From NCBI GenBank assembly GCA_014239775.1, contig JAAZYG010000005.1:6746-70745 (forward strand): a stretch of DNA of 64,000 nucleotides. The letters run 5' to 3'. The notes beneath the pieces are model-generated. The model was not told where the DNA came from, did no database searches, and was given only the letters and a program-made list of their open reading frames with translations. The position numbers and the translations under genes are program-made. Numbering within the stretch: position 1 is the stretch's first letter; each line of letters starts with the position of its first letter. Origin of the DNA: Candidatus Uhrbacteria bacterium (GTDB lineage Bacteria > Patescibacteriota > Patescibacteriia > UBA9934 > GWF2-40-263). Shown here piece by piece: positions 54,816 to 62,799 of the stretch.

Positions 54816-55739
54816 TTAATAATGAATGTTTAAATTAACAATCTCTGGAGGAACAAACAACCTAGCCCTGGGACCAGTTTCACTTATCCCTGAAGTTATA
54901 AATAACTGCTGATCATTGTACCTAAACAATCCCCTGTCGTATTTTTTGCCTAAGTCAGTTGGAATTTTTGGTACTGCCCCTAAAAATGGTAAACGTATCT
55001 GACCACCGTGTGTATGTCCTGCGATTACCAAATCTGCCATTTTAGAATCAGAAAATAAAATAATATCTGGATTGTGAGTTAACAAAATAACATTCTGATC
55101 CTCCGACACACCCTCCATTGCAACACCTGGTGATGCTCCATACCAAACATCAGAGACGCCAGCAACTACAATCTCTTTATTATTTATATCTATTATCTCA
55201 GATCTGTTATTTAAAATTTTGAAGCCTATTTCATGAAGTTTATCCTCAACAATTCCAATACTACCATCGAGATTATCATGATTGCCTGTAACAACATAAA
55301 CACCCATTGGAGCAACTATACCAGCCAATGGATTTAACATATCTACCTCTGATGAAGAATTAGAAATAAAATCGCCAACAATAAAAACAATATCCGGTTT
55401 TTGTTTGTTTATATTTTTTACAACGTAATCAACCCATCTTTCATCTTTATATGGACCAACATGAATATCAGATAAAACAACTGCCTGTATGATTTCCGTT
55501 ACTTCATTAGACAAATATACTTCCTTTTCATTAACAACCAAGAGTCTTGGCTCAATGTAGCTGCCGTAAAAAATCACTAACCAACTAAAAATAAGTACCC
55601 ATAATGATATAGACACTAACCATTGCTGTTTATAACTTTGTTTATGTAGTAATAAATGAAGAAATAATACAGCAACAAAAAAAAGAAAAGAAACAATTAT
55701 AAACTCAAAACCGAACCACATACTATAGTTTGCCAACAT
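54816..55739 (-). CDS. membrane-anchored calcineurin-like metallophosphoesterase
   Basis: SDIHVG, VGDF, GNHD and GHTHGGQ. The 5' end overlaps the 3' end of gap by 17 nt. Confidence 0.8.
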   Translation of the reverse strand: MLANYSMWFGFEFIIVSFLFFVAVLFLHLLLHKQSYKQQWLVSISLWVLIFSWLVIFYGSYIEPRLLVVNEKEVYLSNEVTEIIQAVVLSDIHVGPYKDERWVDYVVKNINKQKPDIVFIVGDFISNSSSEVDMLNPLAGIVAPMGVYVVTGNHDNLDGSIGIVEDKLHEIGFKILNNRSEIIDINNKEIVVAGVSDVWYGASPGVAMEGVSEDQNVILLTHNPDIILFSDSKMADLVIAGHTHGGQIRLPFLGAVPKIPTDLGKKYDRGLFRYNDQQLFITSGISETGPRARLFVPPEIVNLNIHY

Positions 55740-56730
55740 GCTCTGTCATATCAAGCAGCATTGTAGAGTACCCCCATTCATTGTCATACCATGCAAGTAC
55801 TTTAACCAAGTCTCCATCAACAACACGTATCATGTCTAAATCTACAACAGAAGCAAAAGGTGATTGAATAAAATCTGTAGAAACAAGAGGTAAGTTAGTA
55901 ACACCAACAACCTTTTTCCATCGTGCACTTTTAGACGCTTTTTTAAACGCACTCTGAACATCCACAAGAGTGGTCTTCTTTTTTGTAACAAAAGTAAAAT
56001 CAGTCAATGAAACATCAAGTGATGGAACACGGACAGATATACCATCAAACTTATTTTTCAATGACTTTACAACCTTAGTAGTTGCATTTGCTGCTCCAGT
56101 AGACGTTGGTACAATATTAGAAAAACCAGCACGTGCACGTCTCAAATCCGGTTTATGCCTTGGTGGTATGCCATCAACCATATTTTGTTGCGCAGTTACT
56201 GAATGAATAGTTGTAAGCATAGCCTTCTTAACACCAAAAGACTCATGCATAATCTGTGCAATTGGTGCAACTGAGTTTGTAGTACAAGAAGCATTGTTTA
56301 CAATTGTATTTCCTTTTTTACATTTTTTATGATTAACACCCATTAAAAATGCAGGAGTTGTTTTTGAAGGTGCACTAATTACAACTTTTTTTGCACCAGC
56401 TTTTTGATGCTTGGCCGCATCCTTTTTGTCAGTAAAAATACCAGTTGATTCTATTACAACATCTATCTTATGTTCCCCCCAAGGTAATTGTGCTGGATCT
56501 TTTTCTGAATAAACAGGGATCTTTTTCCCATCAATTATAATGTTATTTTTATCCGCCTGAACATCATGATTCCATGTACGAAAAACTGTATCGTACTTTA
56601 ATAAATGAGCTAAAATATGCGGATCAGTAAGATCGTTTACTGCAACGAATTTTATATTCTTTCTATCCCAGCCTGCACGTAAAGTCGTACGACCAATACG
56701 CCCAAAACCATTTATGGCAACTCTTAACAT
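55723..56730 (-). CDS. gap: glyceraldehyde-3-phosphate dehydrogenase
   Basis: INGFGRIGR, SCTTNS and WYDNEWGYS. Confidence 0.95.
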   Translation of the reverse strand: MLRVAINGFGRIGRTTLRAGWDRKNIKFVAVNDLTDPHILAHLLKYDTVFRTWNHDVQADKNNIIIDGKKIPVYSEKDPAQLPWGEHKIDVVIESTGIFTDKKDAAKHQKAGAKKVVISAPSKTTPAFLMGVNHKKCKKGNTIVNNASCTTNSVAPIAQIMHESFGVKKAMLTTIHSVTAQQNMVDGIPPRHKPDLRRARAGFSNIVPTSTGAANATTKVVKSLKNKFDGISVRVPSLDVSLTDFTFVTKKKTTLVDVQSAFKKASKSARWKKVVGVTNLPLVSTDFIQSPFASVVDLDMIRVVDGDLVKVLAWYDNEWGYSTMLLDMTEHVGKL

Positions 56731-56773
56731 AATTGTTTATAAATATAGATAAATAATATTTACATTTTAACAT

Positions 56774-56798
56774 AAAAACGCCCCATTAGGGACGCTTT
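56774..56798 (-). terminator. intrinsic terminator downstream of tsf
   Basis: Minus-strand RNA AAAGCGTCCC, loop TAAT, GGGGCGTTTTT. Confidence 0.6.
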
Positions 56799-56808
56799 GT
56801 GTATCTAT

Positions 56809-57396
56809 TTAAATATTGAATCTGGTAAATCCTCTTATGTGCATATTTTCACCTAGGGCCACAATTTGCTCCTTTAAATATACGTCTATTGTTTTACTGT
56901 CATCTTTTATATATTTTTGCTCCATCAGAACGATTTCGCCATACCATTTATTCATCTTACCCTCTATTATCTTTCCGATAACTTCTTCTGGTTTGTTCTC
57001 ATGCTTCATCTCATCTCTGAATAATTGCATTTCCTTTTCAACCATATCTTTAGGCACATCCTCGCGCTTTAAATAAGATGGATCTTCTGCACTCACATGC
57101 ATTGCTATGTCATTACAAAATGATATAAACGTTTCATTTCTTGCTACAAAATCTGTCTCACATAACATTTCTATTAAAGCACCCAACTTACCGTTTGAAT
57201 GAATGTATGCATGTACACGACCCTCACTTGTTTCACGACCGGCTTTTTTTGCTGCTTTAGCAATACCTTTTGTACGGAGCTCTTCAGAAGCTTTTTCAAG
57301 ATCACCACCTGTAGACTCAAGTGCTTTTTTTGCATCCATCATTCCAGCACCTGTCTGAGCACGTAATTGAGCAACTAATTTTGCATCAATAGACAT
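56809..57396 (-). CDS. tsf: elongation factor Ts (short form)
   Basis: LRAQTGAGMMDAKKAL (UBA-like) and CETDFVARN. Confidence 0.9.
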   Translation of the reverse strand: MSIDAKLVAQLRAQTGAGMMDAKKALESTGGDLEKASEELRTKGIAKAAKKAGRETSEGRVHAYIHSNGKLGALIEMLCETDFVARNETFISFCNDIAMHVSAEDPSYLKREDVPKDMVEKEMQLFRDEMKHENKPEEVIGKIIEGKMNKWYGEIVLMEQKYIKDDSKTIDVYLKEQIVALGENMHIRGFTRFNI

Positions 57397-57425
57397 AATA
57401 AAAAACTTTTATTTATAATTTAAAT

Positions 57426-58172
57426 TTATTTTGTTTTTACTGTATTGACCACAATCTTTTCCTTCTTTTCTGTAACTATTTTTGCAGCATTTGCTTTTCC
57501 TACCTTAATTGCATCACAAACTAATTTAGATAAAATCTCAATTGACTTTACAGCATCATCATTTGCAGGAATAACTTTATCAATTTTAATTGGATTGATA
57601 TTGGTATCACACACAGCAACAACCTGTGTTCCGGTTACCTTAGCTTCTAAAATTGCTGTTTTTTCATTTTTTACATCTATAACAAACATAGCTTCAGGAA
57701 CACGTGTCATATCTTGTATTCCACCCACTTTAATCTCCAATTCATCGATTTCACGACTCATCAATAACTGCTCTTTTTTTGTATACTTTTTCAATTCTCC
57801 TTTATCTCTTTTGTCTTTTAAAGACTTAAGTCTTTTAATAGAATCCTTGATTTGCTTAAAGTTTGTAAGAGTACCACCCAACCAACGCTCAGTTACGTAT
57901 GGCATTCCACTTTCCTCAGCATACTTTTTTACAATATCTTTAGCTTGTATTTTTGTACCTACAAACAAAACAACACCACCACGTGATGTAATCTCAGTTA
58001 TTGTATTTAATGCATCCTGCAAAAGACCTGTTGTCTTTTCAAGATTAATAATGTGTACACCTGAACGAACACCAAAAATAAAAGGATCCATTTTAGGATG
58101 CCATCTAGACGTTTTGTGTCCGAAATGCATTCCTGCCTCAAGCATTTCAGTCAATGACGGAAGTTTTAACAT
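57426..58172 (-). CDS. rpsB: 30S ribosomal protein S2
   Basis: MLEAGMHFGH, LFVGTK and RWLGGTLTN. Confidence 0.95.
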   Translation of the reverse strand: MLKLPSLTEMLEAGMHFGHKTSRWHPKMDPFIFGVRSGVHIINLEKTTGLLQDALNTITEITSRGGVVLFVGTKIQAKDIVKKYAEESGMPYVTERWLGGTLTNFKQIKDSIKRLKSLKDKRDKGELKKYTKKEQLLMSREIDELEIKVGGIQDMTRVPEAMFVIDVKNEKTAILEAKVTGTQVVAVCDTNINPIKIDKVIPANDDAVKSIEILSKLVCDAIKVGKANAAKIVTEKKEKIVVNTVKTK

Positions 58173-58269
58173 ATTTTTTCCTTTTTAGACTTCAGTGGCA
58201 ACTTTTGGCCCATAAATCATGGGAGGATCAAAAGAGGTTGTATCCACTTGTGAAATTAATTACGCGAAA

Positions 58270-58298
58270 AGTATAAGAAAAAACCTAAAATAAGTCAA
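58270..58298 (-). promoter_or_regulatory. sigma70-like promoter candidate for rpsB-tsf, leaving a ~90-nt leader
   Basis: On the minus strand: TTGACT (58298-58293), 17 nt, TATACT (58275-58270). Confidence 0.4.
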
Positions 58299-58308
58299 TA
58301 TTACCAAC

Positions 58309-58334
58309 AAAAAAACAGCGATTTCTCGCTGTTT
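58309..58334 (-). terminator. intrinsic terminator of the M20 peptidase gene
   Basis: ACAGCGA / TCGCTGT stem, loop TTTC. U-run on the minus RNA (A-run 58309-58314). Confidence 0.7.
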
Positions 58335-58339
58335 GACGA

Positions 58340-59794
58340 TTAAACATCGTCAGCAATGTGAATATAATGATCTCTCAATACCTTTGCAATGCAAGCTGTA
58401 AGCTTTTTTGCATAAGGAATATGAAGAAATTCATTAGGCCCGTGTGCATTTGCACCTGGCCCTAACACACCAGTAATCACAAACTGTGATTGAGGGAACT
58501 TATCATGAAGCATTTTCATAAATGGAATTGTTCCACCTTCACCCATATACAAAGCTTTTTCTTCAAAAAAAGCCATTGAAGCACCCTGAATAGATGATTC
58601 GAGCCAAGAAGCAAGCGTTGGAGCATGCCACCCAGGCCTTGCAGTACCAGTAAAGGTCACTTTTGCATGAATGAGTTCATGGTTTTCAAGCATGAACTTC
58701 ACTTCCCTATATGCAACTTCTGGATCCAAAGTTGGTGGGATTCGAATAGACAACTTTAACTCTGTAAATGGTCTTAATACATTTCCAGCATCCTTAATTG
58801 CTGGAATACCACCAACACCAGTTACCGACATGGCCGGACCCCATGTTCTTGCAAGAACAAGATCCGTAAGTTCATCTGACTCGATGTCAGGTGAATTATG
58901 TGCCCATTGAAACCGCTCATACAAAGCATGTCCAATTGTCTGTGCTGCATCTTGTGCTTGCTCGCGACGCTCTTCAGGAATATCAACACACAAAAAATCA
59001 CTCATGTGTTTTTCAAATACACAACCATTTGTGCTTTCAATCCTATCCAATGCACTCCTAATGATTCGGAAGCTGGATTCAACAATGCCACTTGCATCAC
59101 CCGAATGAACACCTTCCTCGAGCACATCAACACGCAATGTACCTATAACCAAACCTCGCAATGAGCTTGTAAGCCACAACTGATCATAATTACCTGCCCC
59201 AGAATCAAGACAAATAACCAAATCTGGTTCGCCAATGCGATCAGACAAGTGATCAAGATAAAAAGGAAGGTCTGGACTACCAGACTCTTCACCTGTTTCA
59301 ATGAGTATAACGCAACGAGCATGCGATATGTTTTGTTTTTGAAGTGCCAAAACAGCTGTCAAACTTGCAAAAACAGAATAACCATCATCTGCCCCACCGC
59401 GTCCATATAACCGCTCATCACCTTTATCATCAACGATGATCTTTGGTGTCCACGGGCCAAGACCGCGCTCTGCGTCCCAACCAACCATTTCTGGTTGCTT
59501 GTCTAGATGTCCGTACATCAGCACGGTTGCATCAGAATCACCTGGAATCTCCAACAACAAAATAGGTGTACGACCATCAATGTCAATAACCTCAACACTA
59601 ACATGCTTGGGCGCATGCGCACGACACCAATTTTCTGCTAATTCTACAACCTTATGCACATGACCATTTGACCTCCATTGAGCATCAAAAGCCTTGCTTT
59701 TTGCTGGAATTGCAATATATTCCTTAAGTGTTTTTAAAATTTTCTCATCCCAGAATTTATTCACCCAATCTAATAACAATACAGTGTTCATCAC
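58340..59794 (-). CDS. M20-family metallopeptidase (dipeptidase / ArgE-DapE-CPG2 superfamily)
   Basis: MYGHLDKQP, GRGGADDGYS and ETGEESGS blocks. One counted row is 52% G+C, well above the backbone. Confidence 0.8.
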   Translation of the reverse strand: MMNTVLLLDWVNKFWDEKILKTLKEYIAIPAKSKAFDAQWRSNGHVHKVVELAENWCRAHAPKHVSVEVIDIDGRTPILLLEIPGDSDATVLMYGHLDKQPEMVGWDAERGLGPWTPKIIVDDKGDERLYGRGGADDGYSVFASLTAVLALQKQNISHARCVILIETGEESGSPDLPFYLDHLSDRIGEPDLVICLDSGAGNYDQLWLTSSLRGLVIGTLRVDVLEEGVHSGDASGIVESSFRIIRSALDRIESTNGCVFEKHMSDFLCVDIPEERREQAQDAAQTIGHALYERFQWAHNSPDIESDELTDLVLARTWGPAMSVTGVGGIPAIKDAGNVLRPFTELKLSIRIPPTLDPEVAYREVKFMLENHELIHAKVTFTGTARPGWHAPTLASWLESSIQGASMAFFEEKALYMGEGGTIPFMKMLHDKFPQSQFVITGVLGPGANAHGPNEFLHIPYAKKLTACIAKVLRDHYIHIADDV

Positions 59795-59895
59795 AACTCT
59801 CCTTTAATACTGACAAAAAATAGGTTAATCCCTCCTTTTTTTTAATGTACTGTTCAAACAACTTGGCAAAAAAAAGTCAAAAAGTCAATACTAAA

Positions 59896-60927
59896 CTATT
59901 TTATAAACATGGCATCTCCAAATGAAAAAAAACGATATTTTTTATCTATTGCATGATTGTATGCATTTAAAATGCTTTCTCTTCCAGCAAAAGCAGATAC
60001 CAATACAAGTAGTGTTGATTTTGGTAAATGAAAATTTGTAATTAAAGCATCAACAATATTAAATTTAAATCCTGGCTTTATAAACACATCTACATCACCA
60101 GAGTATCCACGCAATCCAATCTTTTGATCTACACCCTCTAAAGCACGCACAACCGTAGTACCAACAGCAATGACTCTCCTACCTTCTTTCTTTGCTAATA
60201 AAATCCTTTCTACGACTTCTTGCTTTATTGTGACATATTCTGCGTGCATTTTATGCTCACTAACAGTTTTAAATTTCATTGGCATAAACGTACCCATCCC
60301 AACATGCAAAGTAATATATTCCAATTGAACACCTTTCTCCTTTAATGTATCCAATAATGATTCTGTGAAATGGAAACCTGCTGTTGGTGCAGCAACAGAA
60401 CCGGTATTAACTGCATATATTGTTTGATACTCATCTAAATTTATAATGTCATTTTCTATGTATGGTGGTACTGGTATGTGCCCATTTTCATTAACAAAAT
60501 CAATCACATCACCTTGTGTCATATCAAATACAACAGTAGCAACCCCATCTTCCTGCACAGCTTTTAAAACACCACTCATCCCAGCAAAAGACATAACTGA
60601 ACCAACAGAAAGTTTTCTTAGAGGCTGAATTAATACATCCCATTCAGATTCATGCTCACCAGAACGTCTGGGTCGTAATAAAAATACCTCAAATTCTCTA
60701 TTTTTTGCAGCAGCATACATTCTTGCTCTAAATACCTTTGTATTATTCAAAACTAAAACATCACCCCTATTTAATTCATCTGATAAATTAAAAAACTGTT
60801 TTTCATCTATCGACCCGGTTTTCTTATCTAAAACCATCAACCTAGACGAGTCTCTTGGTCTAACAGAACATTGTGCAATTAGCTCCTCTGGAAATGTGAA
60901 ATCAAATAAATCTGTTAAATCATTCAT
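59896..60927 (-). CDS. queA: S-adenosylmethionine:tRNA ribosyltransferase-isomerase
   Basis: MNDLTDLFDFTFPEELIAQ...RPRDSSRLMVL, AAPTAGFHFT and FFSFGDAMFI. ATG at 60927 preferred over the track start at 61053. Confidence 0.9.
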   Translation of the reverse strand: MNDLTDLFDFTFPEELIAQCSVRPRDSSRLMVLDKKTGSIDEKQFFNLSDELNRGDVLVLNNTKVFRARMYAAAKNREFEVFLLRPRRSGEHESEWDVLIQPLRKLSVGSVMSFAGMSGVLKAVQEDGVATVVFDMTQGDVIDFVNENGHIPVPPYIENDIINLDEYQTIYAVNTGSVAAPTAGFHFTESLLDTLKEKGVQLEYITLHVGMGTFMPMKFKTVSEHKMHAEYVTIKQEVVERILLAKKEGRRVIAVGTTVVRALEGVDQKIGLRGYSGDVDVFIKPGFKFNIVDALITNFHLPKSTLLVLVSAFAGRESILNAYNHAIDKKYRFFSFGDAMFIK

Positions 60928-60958
60928 AATAGCGACATGATGCTCTATAATTAGACTA

Positions 60959-60987
60959 TTGACAAGTTGATGTTTCATTGCTAAAAT
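60959..60987 (+). promoter_or_regulatory. sigma70-like promoter candidate for rpmE
   Basis: TTGACA (60959-60964), 17 nt, TAAAAT (60982-60987). Confidence 0.45.
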
Positions 60988-61031
60988 TCGCACAAAATTT
61001 ATGAACGTACGTATACTAGCGTGCAAAGAAT

Positions 61032-61319
61032 ATGAAAAAAGAAATACACCCACAATACTTCAATAAATCAACAATATCCTGTGCTTGTGGAGCAAACTAT
61101 CAAACAGGTTCAACTATTGAGAATATTCAAGTAGAACTTTGTTCTAAATGTCACCCTTTCTACACTGGTAAACAAAAAATCATTGATACTGCACGTAGAG
61201 TTGAGAAATTCCAGACTCGTCTTGCTCAAAAATCAACTGATGTTGTTAAGAAAAAAACCAAGCATGCAAAGCGTGATGAGCAAAAGAAAGAAAAACAAGC
61301 GAAAAAACAAGAGGCTTAA
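61032..61319 (+). CDS. rpmE: 50S ribosomal protein L31 with Lys-rich C-terminal extension
   Basis: MKKEIHPQY ... CSKCHPFYTGKQK. ~30 extra basic residues at the C-terminus. Confidence 0.9.
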   Translation: MKKEIHPQYFNKSTISCACGANYQTGSTIENIQVELCSKCHPFYTGKQKIIDTARRVEKFQTRLAQKSTDVVKKKTKHAKRDEQKKEKQAKKQEA

Positions 61320-61388
61320 ATATAAACTAAAAATACCTTTGACTATTGTACCAAAGGTATTTTTTATTTAAGATTCTTATACAAACAT

Positions 61389-62453
61389 ATGGATCTACAA
61401 AAACAAATCGAAAATTATCAAAATAAAGTAAAGGAGCTTGAATCTAAACTTACAGATGCAAGCGTTCTTTCTGATACAAAAAAATTAAGGGAAATTACCG
61501 CAGAATACAATAATGGAAAAATAATTTTAGAAATCGGTAACAGATACACAAAGACAGTGTCGGATCTTAAAAGTGCAGAATCTGCCCTTGCTGAAACAAT
61601 GGATGAGGAAATGAAGGAACTGGCACATGAAGAAATAAATGAATTAAGTACAAACTTACCCATAATAGAGAAAGAGCTACTTCTTGCACTTATACCAGCA
61701 GATCCAATGGATAAGAAAAATATTATTATAGAAATTCGTGCAGGTGCCGGTGGAGATGAGGCTTCGTTGTTCGCAGGAGAACTAATGAGAATGTACACAC
61801 GTTATGCTGAAGTTAATAATTGGAAGACAGAGCTTATTTCAGCAAACAGAAACGAAATAGGAGGTTTTAAAGAAACAAGCTTTTCAATTAAAGGAAGTAA
61901 CGTGTTTAGTAAACTAAAGTATGAAAGTGGTGTACACAGAGTGCAGCGTGTACCTGAAACCGAAAAACAAGGACGAGTACATACATCAACAGCAACTGTG
62001 GCAGTATTACCAGAAGCAGAAGAGGTAGATGTAAAAATAAGCCCTGGTGATCTAAAAATTGAGGCAACAACATCCACTGGAGCAGGTGGTCAAAGTGTAA
62101 ACACAACATACTCAGCCGTAAGAATAACCCATTTACCAACAGGTCTTATGGTGTACTGCCAAGAAGAACGATCTCAAAAACAAAACAAAGAAAGAGCGTT
62201 ATCAATAATACGTGCACGTGTATATGCGATGGAACAAGAAAAAGCTCAAAAAGAAAGAGCAGATGCAAGACGTGGTCAGATAGGAACAGGTGATAGATCA
62301 GAAAAAATAAGAACTTATAATTTTCCACAAGACAGAATCACAGACCACAGAATCAAACAAAACTTTCATGACATTCCATCTGTCATGGATGGTGGTATGG
62401 ATACGATAATTAAATCCATGAAAGAAGCTGAATTAGTTAAACAATTATCTTAA
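61389..62453 (+). CDS. prfA: peptide chain release factor 1
   Basis: GGQ motif (GAGGQSVNTT). RF1-type tripeptide region RVPETEKQGRVHTS (PxT, x=E). Confidence 0.9.
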   Translation: MDLQKQIENYQNKVKELESKLTDASVLSDTKKLREITAEYNNGKIILEIGNRYTKTVSDLKSAESALAETMDEEMKELAHEEINELSTNLPIIEKELLLALIPADPMDKKNIIIEIRAGAGGDEASLFAGELMRMYTRYAEVNNWKTELISANRNEIGGFKETSFSIKGSNVFSKLKYESGVHRVQRVPETEKQGRVHTSTATVAVLPEAEEVDVKISPGDLKIEATTSTGAGGQSVNTTYSAVRITHLPTGLMVYCQEERSQKQNKERALSIIRARVYAMEQEKAQKERADARRGQIGTGDRSEKIRTYNFPQDRITDHRIKQNFHDIPSVMDGGMDTIIKSMKEAELVKQLS

Positions 62454-62475
62454 ATACTCAATATATAATCATTGA

Positions 62476-62507
62476 CAAAAAACCATACAAACTGTATGGT
62501 TTTTTTA
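62476..62507 (+). terminator. intrinsic terminator of prfA
   Basis: AAAAAACCATACA, loop AAC, TGTATGGTTTTTTT. Confidence 0.8.
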
Positions 62508-62538
62508 CTCCTAGTAATACTTAATACTAGAAGCTTTT

Positions 62539-62687
62539 GCCTGAGTGAGGGTTGTATTATTAGCCTGGAACAATTAACACACCTCCCTCCTTCTATGCAT
62601 GCTCGTATGAACATGTGTAGTGTTAAATGTTTTAATGATACAACCCTCGCTAGGCCTTTAAAGAATCTGACAAGGTTCTTTTTTTTT
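62539..62687 (+). ncRNA. candidate ~150-180-nt structured small RNA ending in an intrinsic terminator
   Basis: 11-bp helix GAGGGTTGTAT (62547-62557) / ATACAACCCTC (62638-62648), extended by GCC/GGC. Inner helix TTAACAC (62574-62580) / GTGTTAA (62620-62626). Unpaired CCTCCCTCCTT (62582-62592). Terminator AAGAATC / GGTTCTT plus a T-run (62661-62687). The overlapping ORFs on both strands look spurious. Confidence 0.35.
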
Positions 62688-62764
62688 AAAGTTATGCACA
62701 AATTTAGTGTACACATCTGTGGACAACCTAAAGAAAATAACAAAAATCCAAGTAATATGTACTG

Positions 62765-62793
62765 TTGACATGTATGTATGATACTGATATTCT
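62765..62793 (+). promoter_or_regulatory. sigma70-like promoter candidate with extended -10
   Basis: TTGACA (62765-62770), 17 nt, TATTCT (62788-62793), preceded by TGa. Confidence 0.45.
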
Positions 62794-62799
62794 AGTTTT

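Noticed and set aside
57445-58188. 247-aa plus-strand ORF antisense to rpsB
   Set aside because: The minus-strand frame encodes an unmistakable S2 protein. The antisense product is a low-complexity Ser/Phe/Ile-rich string, typical of the mirror frame of an AT-rich gene.
62450-62768. 97-aa (minus) and 98-aa (plus) ORFs downstream of prfA
   Set aside because: Both run through two intrinsic terminator hairpins, lack an RBS and have a TTG or unlikely start. The region is better explained as a structured RNA.
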